Positions 27,573-40,295 of a stretch of 64,000 bases of DNA are shown here, piece by piece. The position numbers and the translations under genes are program-made. The stretch is from the NCBI RefSeq assembly GCF_988242995.1, contig NZ_OZ547043.1. One strand, written 5' to 3'. Below the pieces are notes generated by a model, which searched no databases, had not been told where the DNA came from, and saw only the letters and a list, made by a program, of their open reading frames with translations. How positions within the stretch are numbered: position 1 is the first letter of the stretch; the number at the start of each line of letters is the position of its first letter.

Positions 27573-27878
27573 ATGACCGTACGTATTCTGGCTGTGTGTG
27601 GCAACGGACAAGGCAGTTCCATGATCATGAAAATGAAAGTGGACCAGTTTTTAACCCAATCAAACATTGACCACACGGTAAACAGCTGCGCGGTTGGCGA
27701 ATACAAAAGCGAGTTGAGCGGCGCGGATATCATCATCGCTTCTACGCACATTGCGGGCGAAATCACCGTGACCGGCAACAAATATGTGGTTGGCGTGCGC
27801 AACATGCTCTCTCCTGCTGACTTTGGCCCGAAACTGCTGGAAGTGATCAAAGAGCATTTCCCGCAGGATGTGAAGTAA
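27573..27878 (+). CDS. ulaB: ascorbate-specific PTS EIIB component UlaB
   Basis: 101 aa, active-site Cys in [10 protein letters not shown]. Confidence 0.93.
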
Positions 27879-27887
27879 GGACGCGCC

Positions 27888-28352
27888 ATGAAATTACGTG
27901 ATTCGCTGGCGGAGAATAAATCCATCCGCCTGCAGGCTGAAGCTGAGACATGGCAGGACGCAGTAAAAATCGGCGTTGACCTGCTGGTGGCGGCGGATGT
28001 TGTCGAGCCGCGTTACTACCAGGCGATTCTGGATGCGGTTGAACAGCACGGTCCGTACTTTGTGCTCGCACCAGGCCTGGCAATGCCGCACGGTCGCCCG
28101 GAAGAGGGCGTTAAGAAAACCGGTTTTGCGCTAGTGACGCTGAAAAAGCCGCTGGAGTTCAACCACGAAGATAACGATCCGGTGGATATCCTCATCACCA
28201 TGGCGGCGGTCGATGCCAACACTCACCAGGAAGTGGGCATCATGCAGATCGTCAATCTGTTTGAAGATGAAGAGAATTTCGACCGTTTACGTGCCTGCCG
28301 TACCGAGCAGGAAGTACTGGATCTCATTGACCGCACCAACGCGGCTGCTTAA
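27888..28352 (+). CDS. ulaC: ascorbate-specific PTS EIIA component UlaC
   Basis: 154-aa ORF. Confidence 0.93.
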   Translation: MKLRDSLAENKSIRLQAEAETWQDAVKIGVDLLVAADVVEPRYYQAILDAVEQHGPYFVLAPGLAMPHGRPEEGVKKTGFALVTLKKPLEFNHEDNDPVDILITMAAVDANTHQEVGIMQIVNLFEDEENFDRLRACRTEQEVLDLIDRTNAAA

Positions 28353-28365
28353 GAAGGAATTGAAG

Positions 28366-29016
28366 ATGTCATTACCCATGTTGCAAGTCGCGCTGGACAA
28401 CCAGACTATGGATAGCGCTTACGAAACCACTCGCCTGATTGCCGAAGAAGTCGACATTATCGAAGTAGGCACCATTCTGTGCGTGGGCGAAGGTGTGCGT
28501 GCGGTTCGCGATCTGAAAGCGCTGTACCCGCACAAAATCGTACTGGCAGACGCCAAAATTGCCGATGCGGGCAAAATCCTTTCTCGTATGTGCTTCGAAG
28601 CCAACGCTGACTGGGTGACCGTGATTTGCTGTGCGGATATCAACACCGCCAAAGGCGCGCTGGACGTGGCAAAAGAGTTTAACGGCGACGTGCAGATCGA
28701 ACTGACTGGCTACTGGACCTGGGAACAGGCGCAACAGTGGCGCGACGCAGGTATTCAGCAGGTGGTTTATCACCGCAGCCGTGACGCACAGGCCGCAGGC
28801 GTGGCGTGGGGCGAAGCGGACATTACCGCGATCAAACGTCTTTCCGATATGGGCTTCAAAGTCACCGTCACCGGTGGCCTGGCGCTGGAAGATCTGCCGC
28901 TGTTCAAAGGCATTCCGATTCACGTCTTTATCGCGGGCCGTAGTATCCGTGATGCCGCTTCTCCGGTTGAAGCCGCGCGTCAGTTCAAACGTTCCATCGC
29001 CGAACTGTGGGGCTAA
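28366..29016 (+). CDS. ulaD: 3-keto-L-gulonate-6-phosphate decarboxylase UlaD
   Basis: ORF 28213-29016; start at ATG 28366 ([14 protein letters not shown]...) gives 216 aa. Confidence 0.93.
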   Translation: MSLPMLQVALDNQTMDSAYETTRLIAEEVDIIEVGTILCVGEGVRAVRDLKALYPHKIVLADAKIADAGKILSRMCFEANADWVTVICCADINTAKGALDVAKEFNGDVQIELTGYWTWEQAQQWRDAGIQQVVYHRSRDAQAAGVAWGEADITAIKRLSDMGFKVTVTGGLALEDLPLFKGIPIHVFIAGRSIRDAASPVEAARQFKRSIAELWG

Positions 29017-29025
29017 GGAGCGGAT

Positions 29026-29880
29026 ATGTTGTCCAAACAAATCCCGCTTGGCATCTATGAAAAAGCGCTCCCCGCCGGGGAGTGCTGGCTGGAACGCCTG
29101 CAACTGGCAAAAACGTTAGGCTTCGATTTTGTCGAGATGTCGGTAGATGAAACGGACGATCGCCTTTCGCGCCTCGACTGGAGCCGCGAGCAGCGTCTGG
29201 CGCTGGTGAATGCGATTGTTGAAACCGGCGTGCGCGTGCCGTCCATGTGCCTTTCTGCTCATCGTCGTTTCCCGCTGGGTAGCGAAGATGACGCAGTGCG
29301 GGCGCAGGGGCTGGAGATTATGCGTAAAGCTATCCAGTTCGCCCAGGACGTCGGCATTCGCGTGATCCAACTGGCGGGCTATGACGTTTACTATCAGGAA
29401 GCCAATAACGAAACGCGTCGTCGTTTCCGTGACGGCCTGAAAGAGAGCGTTGAGATGGCAAGCCGCGCGCAGGTGACGCTGGCAATGGAGATCATGGATT
29501 ATCCATTGATGAACTCCATCAGCAAGGCGCTGGGCTATGCGCACTATCTCAACAACCCGTGGTTCCAGCTCTATCCGGATATCGGCAACCTGTCGGCGTG
29601 GGACAACGACGTGCAGATGGAATTGCAGGCCGGAATCGGGCATATCGTCGCGGTGCATGTGAAAGACACCAAACCAGGCGTCTTCAAAAATGTGCCGTTT
29701 GGCGAAGGCGTAGTGGATTTCGAACGTTGCTTCGAAACGCTCAAACAGAGTGGCTATTGCGGGCCGTACCTGATTGAGATGTGGAGCGAAACGGCGGAAG
29801 ACCCGGCGGCAGAAGTGGCGAAAGCGCGTGATTGGGTGAAAGCGCGCATGGCGAAAGCGGGCATGGTGGAGGCGGCATAA
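29026..29880 (+). CDS. ulaE: L-ribulose-5-phosphate 3-epimerase UlaE
   Basis: 284-aa ORF. Confidence 0.93.
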   Translation: MLSKQIPLGIYEKALPAGECWLERLQLAKTLGFDFVEMSVDETDDRLSRLDWSREQRLALVNAIVETGVRVPSMCLSAHRRFPLGSEDDAVRAQGLEIMRKAIQFAQDVGIRVIQLAGYDVYYQEANNETRRRFRDGLKESVEMASRAQVTLAMEIMDYPLMNSISKALGYAHYLNNPWFQLYPDIGNLSAWDNDVQMELQAGIGHIVAVHVKDTKPGVFKNVPFGEGVVDFERCFETLKQSGYCGPYLIEMWSETAEDPAAEVAKARDWVKARMAKAGMVEAA

Positions 29881-30566
29881 TGCAAAAGCTAAAACAGCAG
29901 GTATTTGAAGCCAACATGGATCTGCCGCGCTACGGGCTGGTGACCTTTACCTGGGGCAACGTCAGCGCCATTGACCGCGAACGCGGGCTGGTGGTGATCA
30001 AGCCCAGCGGCGTCGCCTACGAAACCATGAAAGCAGACGATATGGTAGTGGTCGATATGAGCGGCAAGGTGGTGGAAGGGGAATATCGTCCGTCTTCCGA
30101 CACCGCGACGCATCTTGAACTCTACCGTCGTTATCCGTCGCTTGGTGGTATTGTCCATACCCACTCCACTCATGCTACCGCATGGGCGCAGGCGGGGCTG
30201 GCGATCCCGGCGTTAGGCACCACGCACGCCGACTACTTCTTTGGCGATATCCCGTGCACGCGCGGATTAAGCGAAGAAGAGGTGCAGGGCGAGTACGAAC
30301 TGAACACTGGCAAAGTTATTATTGAAACGCTGGGCAACGCTGAACCGCTGCATACACCGGGGATTGTGGTGTATCAGCACGGGCCGTTCGCCTGGGGGAA
30401 AGATGCCCACGATGCGGTGCATAACGCGGTAGTGATGGAAGAAGTGGCGAAAATGGCGTGGATTGCGCGCGGCATTAACCCACAACTGAATCATATCGAC
30501 AGCTTCCTGATGAATAAACACTTCATGCGTAAGCACGGTCCTAACGCTTATTACGGGCAGAAGTAA
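29880..30566 (+). CDS. ulaF: L-ribulose-5-phosphate 4-epimerase UlaF
   Basis: ORF 29832-30566; start at ATG 29880 ([12 protein letters not shown]...) gives 228 aa; start overlaps ulaE stop (taATG). Confidence 0.93.
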   Translation: MQKLKQQVFEANMDLPRYGLVTFTWGNVSAIDRERGLVVIKPSGVAYETMKADDMVVVDMSGKVVEGEYRPSSDTATHLELYRRYPSLGGIVHTHSTHATAWAQAGLAIPALGTTHADYFFGDIPCTRGLSEEEVQGEYELNTGKVIIETLGNAEPLHTPGIVVYQHGPFAWGKDAHDAVHNAVVMEEVAKMAWIARGINPQLNHIDSFLMNKHFMRKHGPNAYYGQK

Positions 30567-30627
30567 AACACGCGCTGCGGAAATTTCCTTCTTCGGGAGA
30601 TAACTGGTCTAATTCCGCAGCCGTTTT

Positions 30628-30654
30628 TCAAAAAAAGCCCCCTGCGAAGGGGGC
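30628..30654 (-). terminator. rho-independent terminator of yjfY (may also act on ulaF)
   Basis: gccccct-gcgaa-gggggc hairpin with A-run on plus strand = U-run on minus strand. Confidence 0.65.
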
Positions 30655-30694
30655 AAAGCAAACTATGGCAATGTTTCGTTGGTTATACCTGGTG

Positions 30695-30970
30695 CTAGCG
30701 ATAAATATCCGCGCTGGCGTGCATATTGCCGTTACTCCCCGGTTCCCGCATCAGAATTACGTGGTAGTACGTTGCGCCTTGCGCATCTGTCTCTTCATTT
30801 AATGCCTGACGTGCTTCACTTTCAGTTGCGAAATTATGATTGATATAAATCACGCCTAAGCTTTGCACATCATCCATATTTCTGGCCTGGTGGTTATTAA
30901 TTTCAATGGCTGCCCATGTATTTGCACTTAGCAAAAGCACAGCCAGAAGGGCTAAAACACGACTGAACAT
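30695..30970 (-). CDS. yjfY: DUF1471 (YhcN-family) periplasmic protein YjfY
   Basis: ORF 30695-31039; start at MFSRVLALLAVLLLSANTWA gives 91 aa; signal peptide. Confidence 0.85.
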   Translation of the reverse strand: MFSRVLALLAVLLLSANTWAAIEINNHQARNMDDVQSLGVIYINHNFATESEARQALNEETDAQGATYYHVILMREPGSNGNMHASADIYR

Positions 30971-31278
30971 AGATACCTCCTCGACGGCTGACTTTGTGTG
31001 CTCTCCTCTGTGATGATCTTCTGATTTAATTTTAATCAATGATAAAGAAGTTGATGGTGACCATTTCTGATGCAGTTGTTCAAAAAAACACCATGATGAA
31101 GTGTGATGAACTTCAAATCAGCGTGTTAGTACGATTTGGTGAAAGATGAGATTTATTTGTCGGCTGGCCTTGAGTTTAGCAGGGTATGTCAGTACTATAA
31201 TGCGTCATTTTTCAGCCGACCTTTAACACGTTCCTTGCCTCCCCGGGATTCGGCTGACCCAGACAGGAGGCTGAATAA

Positions 31279-31692
<414 letters not shown>

Positions 31693-31698
31693 TTTCTG

Positions 31699-32245
<547 letters not shown>

Positions 32246-32274
32246 TCGGTCACGGTCCATTAATACGACTTTGA

Positions 32275-32736
<462 letters not shown>

Positions 32737-32761
32737 TTCGTTATTCAACGAGACGTAAAAA

Positions 32762-32790
32762 CGCCGACCATTGGTCGGCGTTTTGCTTTC
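32762..32790 (+). terminator. rho-independent terminator after rplI
   Basis: cgccgacc-a-ttggtcggcg hairpin followed by ttttgctttctattttt. Confidence 0.7.
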
Positions 32791-32806
32791 TATTTTTCGT
32801 CAGGTA

Positions 32807-33601
32807 TTAGTTTCGCAAGTAGATCCATTCACCATTCTCCTGTGTCCATAATTCAGGATGGTTTGCTGGCGTTAGATGCATATGATCGCACCTTATGTCT
32901 CGGTCCTGTGGCACTCGTTCGAAACCCAAACCCGAGTAGATTGCTGCTGAACTTGATAAGGAACGCAGACCAATTTTCAAATCATGGGGTAAATCAGAAT
33001 ACGCGTTTAGCAATGCAGCAATGATGAATCCGAGGGCATTAGAAACGCCTGTAACAGTGCGAAGTTGGTCGATATAAAGATCGATTGTTGGTAGTTCAGA
33101 TGACCAGCAATTAGGCATTTGGGCAGGAAGGGTTACAACGTATCCTATCGTTTGGCCGGTATAGTCTGGAGTACCATAACCTGGACCCAAAACAACCTCG
33201 TGTATTGTGTATTTACTGTTGGGTTCGAAGGATTCGACATCTTGCAATAAATATTTCAGTTCTGCGGTTAACCTCGCACCCGCGTAAGCTTTATTGTATT
33301 TCTGGGCGTGAATATTATCTAATGTAGCTTCATGGTTCCATCCAAAAGAATTATCACCATTCATTGTTATTCCATCGTAAGTATTACACCTCGTCGCTAA
33401 CTTATTGAATGCTTGCCAGTCTGAGAGATCTAGTTTGTGGATCTCAACAGTATGTCTGCCATCGCAATTATGGTCTCTTCCACGATTTGAAAGTAATGTA
33501 GCGCGTGCGTATTGATGAAATTTTAATTTTACTGGTTTGTCGGTGGACGAAAAACGGGGTGAATATGCAGGAAATGAATAAATAGTTGTTGGTAATGTCA
33601 T
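32807..33601 (-). CDS. yjfZ: uncharacterised protein YjfZ
   Basis: 264-aa ORF, visibly AT-richer than neighbouring genes. Confidence 0.8.
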   Translation of the reverse strand: MTLPTTIYSFPAYSPRFSSTDKPVKLKFHQYARATLLSNRGRDHNCDGRHTVEIHKLDLSDWQAFNKLATRCNTYDGITMNGDNSFGWNHEATLDNIHAQKYNKAYAGARLTAELKYLLQDVESFEPNSKYTIHEVVLGPGYGTPDYTGQTIGYVVTLPAQMPNCWSSELPTIDLYIDQLRTVTGVSNALGFIIAALLNAYSDLPHDLKIGLRSLSSSAAIYSGLGFERVPQDRDIRCDHMHLTPANHPELWTQENGEWIYLRN

Positions 33602-33824
33602 TTTATTGTTGCCTGTTTAATATTTTTACAAATATCGCAGTTGAATGTTCAAAGAAAAAGAGTTGATATTAATAAAAATAAGTTTGTTTTCTGAAGTGGT
33701 GAAAATAGCGGATAGTAAAAGATATTAATATCAAAAATCGCTCATCACGGATATAACGATGCACCCAGGGAGGGAGATGACTGACAACGCCTTACACCAT
33801 ACATTCTTGTTGTGCGGTATGTAA

Positions 33825-34277
33825 TTATTCTACGCTGTCGGTATCGGTGCGTTCGTTAATCAGCAGGTTAACCAGCCACAAAAAGCCATTGAAAAAATCA
33901 TCGATTTTACCTGGGGTTATTATATTGCTAATCCCTGGTTTTTAAAAATTTTGCATAGTGAAAACCAAAGTAAAGGTGTGCATTATGCAAAATCACAGCG
34001 TCTCTTAGAAATTAATCATGCGCACTTGCGGTTAATGGAATCCTTATTGGATGAAGGGAAGAAACACAATATTTTTAAGGCAGATAGCGACCCATTGCAG
34101 GTGAATATTAATATTGCTGCGCTTGGGGGATATTATTTGATCAACCAGCATACGCTTGGCCTGGTTTATCATATCAGTATGGTTTCACCCCAGGCACTGG
34201 AAGCCAGACGTAAGGTCATCAAAGAGACGCTCCTTAGCTGGCTTCTGGTTGACCCTTCATCTACCGCGCGCGAATAA
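33825..34277 (+). pseudogene. ytfA: TetR-family regulator remnant YtfA lacking the N-terminal HTH domain
   Basis: ORF track gives 33951-34277 (TTG start, 108 aa); frame stays open upstream to the stop at 33822-33824; the 5' bound given here is the first in-frame codon after that stop, not an intact start; a short ATG-led MTDNALHHTFLLCGM* fragment lies just upstream in another frame. Confidence 0.6.
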
Positions 34278-34899
34278 AACTGCCATCCGGCTGACGGGTA
34301 AACAGGACCTGTTGATTATTCCCCGTATCAATGGTTAAGCCCGTCACCACGCCGCTGGCGTTCTGGCGGATTTTCACCATCTGCCCGTTTTGCAAATTAC
34401 TCAGCGGCTTACCCGCGCCTTCTACCTGCGCCATTGCATAGACATCGGTAGCGGGCAGCCCGTGGTCGCGGAACAGCTGTGCCATCGTTTTACCGGGTTC
34501 GACACGGTAAGAGCGCCATTGATTATCAATTCCGCTATCTGGCTGGAATGGTTGCGTTTGGGGGGGTTGCGGCTGCTCTTCTGGCTGGCCTTCCTGTATT
34601 GGTTCTGGAGCGACCGGAGCCACCTGATCAGGATCATTTTGTGGCGTGACTAATTGCGCCCGCAGCTGTTCTTCTGTCGGCGGTTGTGATTGCGACTGAA
34701 TATCTAACTGCGCTTCACGCGTCACCACCGGCGCGTTGGGCGTATCATCAGATGGAAGCAGAAATCCGACCACCAATACAATGGCGGCAATAATGATCCC
34801 CCGACGATGCATCGGCGGCAGCGGGTCCATGAAGCGAAAATTGTCCGGCGCGTGCCAGACTTTCTCCAGGGTTGGTTTTAGTTCAAAGCGCCCGGGCAT
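34261..34899 (-). CDS. ytfB: OapA-domain cell-division protein YtfB
   Basis: ORF 34261-34935; start at [15 protein letters not shown] gives 212 aa; TM segment, Pro/Gln-rich linker, C-terminal OapA/LysM-like domain. Confidence 0.85.
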   Translation of the reverse strand: MPGRFELKPTLEKVWHAPDNFRFMDPLPPMHRRGIIIAAIVLVVGFLLPSDDTPNAPVVTREAQLDIQSQSQPPTEEQLRAQLVTPQNDPDQVAPVAPEPIQEGQPEEQPQPPQTQPFQPDSGIDNQWRSYRVEPGKTMAQLFRDHGLPATDVYAMAQVEGAGKPLSNLQNGQMVKIRQNASGVVTGLTIDTGNNQQVLFTRQPDGSFIRAR

Positions 34900-35116
34900 G
34901 GTTTCCTCCTGCTCCGCGTCTTGTTCCTCAATCATAGCCTATGAATAAGCTAACGCTATGATGTCCGTGGTAAACCCGCCTTTATTATATTCATACGGGA
35001 TATTGCTATTGTTTCTTTTTCCCCGGGATTTGTCATCATTCCCGCGACAAAGTTTTACCCAAAGAAGTGTGGCTGATATGCTGCCCGCTACTTTATACCC
35101 TAAGAAAGGAAATACG

Positions 35117-35737
35117 ATGACCACCCCAACTTTTGACACCATCGAAGCGCAAGCAAGCTACGGCATTGGTTTGCAGGTAGGGCAACAACTGAGTGAATCT
35201 GGCCTGGAAGGGCTGCTGCCAGAAGCACTGGTTGCAGGCATTGCTGATGCGCTGGAAGGCAAACATCCGGCTGTTCCGGTTGATGTGGTGCACCGCGCGC
35301 TGCGTGAAATCCACGAACGCGCCGATGCCGTTCGTCGTCAGCGTTTCCAGGCGATGGCTGCTGAAGGTGTGAAATACCTGGAAGAAAACGCCAAAAAAGA
35401 AGGTGTAAATAGCACCGAATCTGGCCTGCAATTCCGCGTGATCAACCAGGGCGAAGGCGCAATTCCGGCACGTACCGACCGCGTTCGTGTTCATTACACC
35501 GGAAAACTGATCGATGGCACCGTGTTTGACAGCTCCGTCGCTCGCGGCGAGCCAGCTGAATTCCCGGTTAACGGCGTGATCCCTGGCTGGATTGAAGCGC
35601 TGACTCTGATGCCGGTAGGTTCTAAATGGGAACTGACTATCCCGCAGGAACTGGCATATGGCGAGCGTGGCGCAGGCGCGTCCATCCCTCCGTTCAGCAC
35701 CCTGGTGTTTGAAGTCGAACTGCTGGAAATCCTCTAA
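35117..35737 (+). CDS. fklB: FKBP-type peptidyl-prolyl cis-trans isomerase FklB
   Basis: ORF 34958-35737; start at ATG 35117 ([12 protein letters not shown]...) gives 206 aa. Confidence 0.93.
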
Positions 35738-36045
35738 GCAGCGCATTCTGTTCCCCTCGAGCCAGAGGGGAGCAGGCATTCAGCAATAAACCCTTCAGTT
35801 TGCCAAACGGCGCTATTTTGTGTTGCAAAGACCGCGTAAGCGTGTATTTTTGTGAGCTGTTTCGCGTTATCACCGTGATATGACACTCACTTTAAACATA
35901 AAATTAACATTAGATCTAAATCTTAGTATTCATCCCGCGTATTGTTACCTAATATCGATGAGTCCCGATACAGATTCGTCGTATCATAGACTGACTAAAG
36001 GCCGTAGAGCCTGAACAACACAGACAGGTACAGGAAGAAAAAAAC

Positions 36046-37458
36046 ATGGTAGATCAGGTAAAAGTCGTTGCCGATGATCAGGCTCCGGCTGAACAGTCGC
36101 TACGGCGCAATCTCACAAACCGACATATTCAGCTTATTGCCATTGGCGGTGCCATTGGTACGGGGTTGTTTATGGGGTCCGGCAAAACGATTAGCCTTGC
36201 CGGGCCGTCGATCATTTTCGTTTATATGATCATCGGTTTTATGCTCTTTTTCGTGATGCGGGCAATGGGGGAATTGCTGCTTTCGAATCTGGAATACAAA
36301 TCTTTTAGTGACTTCGCTTCCGATTTACTCGGGCCGTGGGCAGGATATTTCACCGGCTGGACTTACTGGTTCTGCTGGGTTGTAACCGGTATGGCAGACG
36401 TGGTGGCGATCACGGCTTATGCTCAGTTCTGGTTCCCCGAGCTCTCCGACTGGGTCGCCTCGCTGGCGGTGATAGTGCTGCTGCTGACGCTCAACCTCGC
36501 CACCGTGAAAATGTTCGGTGAGATGGAGTTCTGGTTTGCGATGATCAAAATCGTCGCCATTGTGTCACTGATTGTCGTCGGCCTGGTCATGGTGGCGATG
36601 CACTTTCAGTCACCGACCGGTGTGGAAGCGTCATTCGCGCATTTGTGGAATGATGGCGGCTGGTTCCCGAAAGGTTTAAGTGGCTTCTTTGCCGGATTCC
36701 AGATAGCGGTTTTCGCTTTCGTAGGGATTGAGCTGGTAGGTACAACAGCTGCGGAAACCAAAGACCCTGAGAAATCACTGCCACGCGCGATTAACTCCAT
36801 TCCGATCCGTATCATTATGTTCTACGTCTTCGCGCTGATTGTGATTATGTCCGTGACGCCGTGGAGTTCGGTAGTCCCGGAGAAAAGCCCGTTTGTTGAA
36901 CTGTTCGTGTTGGTGGGTCTGCCTGCTGCCGCCAGCGTGATTAACTTTGTGGTGCTGACCTCTGCCGCTTCTTCCGCTAACAGCGGCGTCTTCTCTACCA
37001 GTCGTATGCTGTTTGGTCTGGCGCAGGAAGGTGTGGCACCGAAAGCGTTCGCTAAACTCTCTAAGCGCGCCGTACCCGCGAAAGGGCTGACCTTCTCCTG
37101 CATCTGCCTGCTCGGCGGCGTGGTGATGCTGTATGTGAATCCCAGCGTGATTGGTGCGTTCACGATGATCACGACCGTTTCCGCGATTCTGTTTATGTTC
37201 GTCTGGACGATTATCCTTTGCTCGTACCTGGTGTATCGCAAACAGCGTCCGCACTTGCATGAGAAATCAATCTACAAGATGCCGCTCGGCAAGCTGATGT
37301 GCTGGGTATGTATGGCATTCTTTGTGTTCGTGGTCGTGCTGCTGACACTGGAAGATGATACCCGCCAGGCGCTGCTGGTTACCCCGCTGTGGTTTATCGC
37401 TCTGGGGCTGGGCTGGTTGTTTATTGGTAAGAAGCGGGCTGCTGAACTGCGGAAATAA
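36046..37458 (+). CDS. cycA: D-serine/D-alanine/glycine:H+ symporter CycA (APC family)
   Basis: 470-aa polytopic ORF. Confidence 0.95.
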   Translation: MVDQVKVVADDQAPAEQSLRRNLTNRHIQLIAIGGAIGTGLFMGSGKTISLAGPSIIFVYMIIGFMLFFVMRAMGELLLSNLEYKSFSDFASDLLGPWAGYFTGWTYWFCWVVTGMADVVAITAYAQFWFPELSDWVASLAVIVLLLTLNLATVKMFGEMEFWFAMIKIVAIVSLIVVGLVMVAMHFQSPTGVEASFAHLWNDGGWFPKGLSGFFAGFQIAVFAFVGIELVGTTAAETKDPEKSLPRAINSIPIRIIMFYVFALIVIMSVTPWSSVVPEKSPFVELFVLVGLPAAASVINFVVLTSAASSANSGVFSTSRMLFGLAQEGVAPKAFAKLSKRAVPAKGLTFSCICLLGGVVMLYVNPSVIGAFTMITTVSAILFMFVWTIILCSYLVYRKQRPHLHEKSIYKMPLGKLMCWVCMAFFVFVVVLLTLEDDTRQALLVTPLWFIALGLGWLFIGKKRAAELRK

Positions 37459-37502
37459 CCGCATTATCATGCTGGATGGCGCAATGCCATCCAGCTTTTA
37501 GA

Positions 37503-38165
37503 TCACTCACCCGCCAGTGCGCGCGGGAACAGCACATTATTTTCCAGGCTGATGTGCTCCATCAGGTCATCAATCAGTTCATTAATGCCGTTATACATCG
37601 CTTTCCAGGTGGTGCAGGCTTCCGGCGGCGGTGTGACGTTATTGGTAGTGTGTTTGATTACTTCCAGCAGTTCACCCGCTTCATCGTGCTCGCTTTCCAT
37701 TACGCTGATTGGCCCCATTGCCTGGCTGCCCATGCCTTGTTTGATCATCGGGAAGAGGATCTGCTCTTCTTTCATCATGTGGCTGGAAAGCTCTTCATGC
37801 AGCATAGTCAGGTATTTTGTCAGCCCTTTTGGCACGCTCGGTTTGTCGGCGTGAACGCGTTCGACTTTAGTCGCTTGCAGGATCAGCTCCGGCAGTTGCT
37901 CGCGGTGACGATCGTGGTAGCGCACGATGATATGGTCGATGATTTCTGCCAGCGGGGCGCTACGCCAGTCTTTCTCAATCGGTTGTTCAGCAAGCTTTGC
38001 CAGCTCAGCTTCAATGACCTCAACATCCAGTTCTTTACGTGCCGCCGCACGCGCCAGCGTTTGCTTACCGCCGCAGCAGTAATCCATATCATATTTACGA
38101 AACAGAGCCGAAGCGCGAGGAATAGAGAGCGCCAGTTCACCTAAAGGTTGGTCGCGATAAGCCAT
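37503..38165 (-). CDS. ytfE: iron-sulfur cluster repair di-iron protein YtfE (RIC)
   Basis: 220-aa ORF, ScdA N-domain and hemerythrin-like His/Glu motifs. Confidence 0.95.
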   Translation of the reverse strand: MAYRDQPLGELALSIPRASALFRKYDMDYCCGGKQTLARAAARKELDVEVIEAELAKLAEQPIEKDWRSAPLAEIIDHIIVRYHDRHREQLPELILQATKVERVHADKPSVPKGLTKYLTMLHEELSSHMMKEEQILFPMIKQGMGSQAMGPISVMESEHDEAGELLEVIKHTTNNVTPPPEACTTWKAMYNGINELIDDLMEHISLENNVLFPRALAGE

Positions 38166-38191
38166 AGCTGATACCTCATTCTTAATAAGAT

Positions 38192-38214
38192 AAGATGCAT
38201 TTTAAATGCATCTT
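38192..38214. promoter_or_regulatory. NsrR operator in the ytfE promoter
   Basis: Perfect 11-1-11 inverted repeat aagatgcattt-t-aaatgcatctt, 27 bp upstream of ytfE start codon. Confidence 0.85.
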
Positions 38215-38272
38215 TAAGGCAAAAGCTATAACCCTTACGTAGCAGAGGCTTATTTAACTCACTGCCAGCGTG

Positions 38273-39238
38273 TCAACTTTCTGAGACAGATTCAGTTAAA
38301 GGTTTTTCTGGTTTTGCTCTGACCGCAATGACCACGCCAACCACTAACAGTGCGATACCGCTCAGCGTCATTAGTGGCGGCATTTGCTGGCGTAACAAAA
38401 AGGTGTACAGCAAACCTGCCAGCGTTTCGAAAACAATCAGCGGCCCGAGAATCACTGTCGGTAATCGCTGGCTGGCGACGTTCCAGCAGAGTGCGCCAAC
38501 CCATGAGCAAAGCACGGCTATTGCAATCATCAGACTAATAAACACCAGCGGACGGGGGCCAAAAGGTAGGGAGAAGTCCGGCGTTTGCGTATTCAGCCAG
38601 TAACAAGCGACGAGATAGCCGATAAGCGAAACCGGCAGCGTGACCAGCGCCTGCGCCGTCGCCCACATCATCGGATGTTTGTCGGGATTTTCCCGCAGCC
38701 AGCGGGCGTTGCGCAGGGCATACCATGCCCAGCAGACCACGGAAACTAACGCCAGCACGATGCCAGAGGTATAACGTGCCCAGTCAAAATCGGGGAGTCC
38801 GTGGTTTAACTCAGCAATATTCACACTCGCCAGGCCGATGCCAATACAAATCAGTGCCGGGGCGAGTTTTCCCCACGCGAGTTTGCCGTCGCGCTGGCTA
38901 TAAAGCAGATTGGCAAAGACAGGAATGACCACCGGCAGGGTGCCGATAATCATCGTGGAAACAGGCGCGCCAGTACGTTGAATGGCACTGGCAAGGCAGA
39001 AGTAATAAATGAGGTTGCCCATCATAGTGAGCATCAAGGCGGTAAGCCAGTCGCGACGCGCCAACTGACGCAGACGCACGCGCCCCAGCCAGGCAATGGG
39101 CAGCGCAATTAACCCTAACGCCAGATAACGCCCCATAGACTGCAACATCGCCGGGTATTCCGGCACGATCAACGGCCCGACAAAAATAAGCCCCCACATC
39201 AACCCTGCTAACAGGGCGTACAGCACGCCGCTAATCAT
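38273..39238 (-). CDS. ytfF: EamA/DMT-family inner-membrane transporter YtfF
   Basis: ORF 38273-39247 (324 aa); start at Met-4 gives the 321 aa I recall; either start possible. Confidence 0.85.
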   Translation of the reverse strand: MISGVLYALLAGLMWGLIFVGPLIVPEYPAMLQSMGRYLALGLIALPIAWLGRVRLRQLARRDWLTALMLTMMGNLIYYFCLASAIQRTGAPVSTMIIGTLPVVIPVFANLLYSQRDGKLAWGKLAPALICIGIGLASVNIAELNHGLPDFDWARYTSGIVLALVSVVCWAWYALRNARWLRENPDKHPMMWATAQALVTLPVSLIGYLVACYWLNTQTPDFSLPFGPRPLVFISLMIAIAVLCSWVGALCWNVASQRLPTVILGPLIVFETLAGLLYTFLLRQQMPPLMTLSGIALLVVGVVIAVRAKPEKPLTESVSES

Positions 39239-39346
39239 TACTGGCATCCATTGGTCTGTCAGAAGAAACGTTCAGGAAGCAGATATGATTGCTCCCGGCA
39301 TCCCGTCATTATCAGAGAGGATGCGGGAGGATGCCACTTTAATTAA

Positions 39347-40207
39347 CTAGTTATTAACATTAAAAAGATGGCTTACGCTTTCGGCTAACGTTGTCGTTGG
39401 GCGGCCAATCAATTTGCTAAGCGTTTTGCTGTTATCAAACAGACCACCTTTCGATGCGCCAACGTCAGAATCCGCCAGCATATCCGCCAGTCCGTCGGGC
39501 AGTCCGACGCTTTTCAGTGCCGCGGCGAAATCGGCTTCGCTCAGATTTTGATAGGTAACGGATTTTCCGCTCTGTTTGGTCAGCTCTGCCGCTAACTGTG
39601 TCAACGTCCAGGCACTATCGCCCGCCAGTTCGTAAACCTTGCCTTCGTGACCGGCTTCGCTAATCACGCGTGCCGCAGCTGCCGCATAATCTGCCCGCGT
39701 TGCTGAGGCGATTTTGCCATCGCCCGCCGCACCGATAAATACGCCGTGTTCCAGTGCTGCCGGGGCGCTGGCGAGGTAGTTTTCGCTGTACCAGCCGTTG
39801 CGCAGCAGGGTGTAAACGATGCCAGAATCAGCCAGCATTTTCTCCGTCTCGATGTGCTCATCGGCGAGGCCGAGCGGGGAGGTATCTGCATGTAGCAGGC
39901 TGGTATAAGCGATAAATTTCACGCCAGCCGCCTTTGCGGCATTAATAACATTACGATGCTGCGGGGCACGTTGACCCACTTCGCTGGAAGAGATCAGCAG
40001 TAGTTTTTCCACTCCCTGAAGTGCAGATGTCAGTGCGGCTTCATCGCCGTAGTCAGCCTGACGCACGGTAATGCCTTGTGCTGTCAGTGCCTGGGCTTTT
40101 GCCGGATTACGAACGATAGCCACTATTTGGCTGGCAGGAACCGTTTTCATCAAGGATTCAATAACATAGTGACCAAGTTGGCCAGAGGCACCAGTAATTG
40201 CGATCAT
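39347..40207 (-). CDS. qorB: NAD(P)H:quinone oxidoreductase QorB (YtfG)
   Basis: ORF 39347-40255; start at MIAITGASGQLG (Rossmann GxxGxxG) gives 286 aa. Confidence 0.9.
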   Translation of the reverse strand: MIAITGASGQLGHYVIESLMKTVPASQIVAIVRNPAKAQALTAQGITVRQADYGDEAALTSALQGVEKLLLISSSEVGQRAPQHRNVINAAKAAGVKFIAYTSLLHADTSPLGLADEHIETEKMLADSGIVYTLLRNGWYSENYLASAPAALEHGVFIGAAGDGKIASATRADYAAAAARVISEAGHEGKVYELAGDSAWTLTQLAAELTKQSGKSVTYQNLSEADFAAALKSVGLPDGLADMLADSDVGASKGGLFDNSKTLSKLIGRPTTTLAESVSHLFNVNN

Positions 40208-40295
40208 AGGAAGTCTCCATCGTTTTGTCTTGTGTTTAAATACGCTAACACCCAAACTTACTTTTAGTAAGTACGTACAAAAAGGTAAGTATGAG

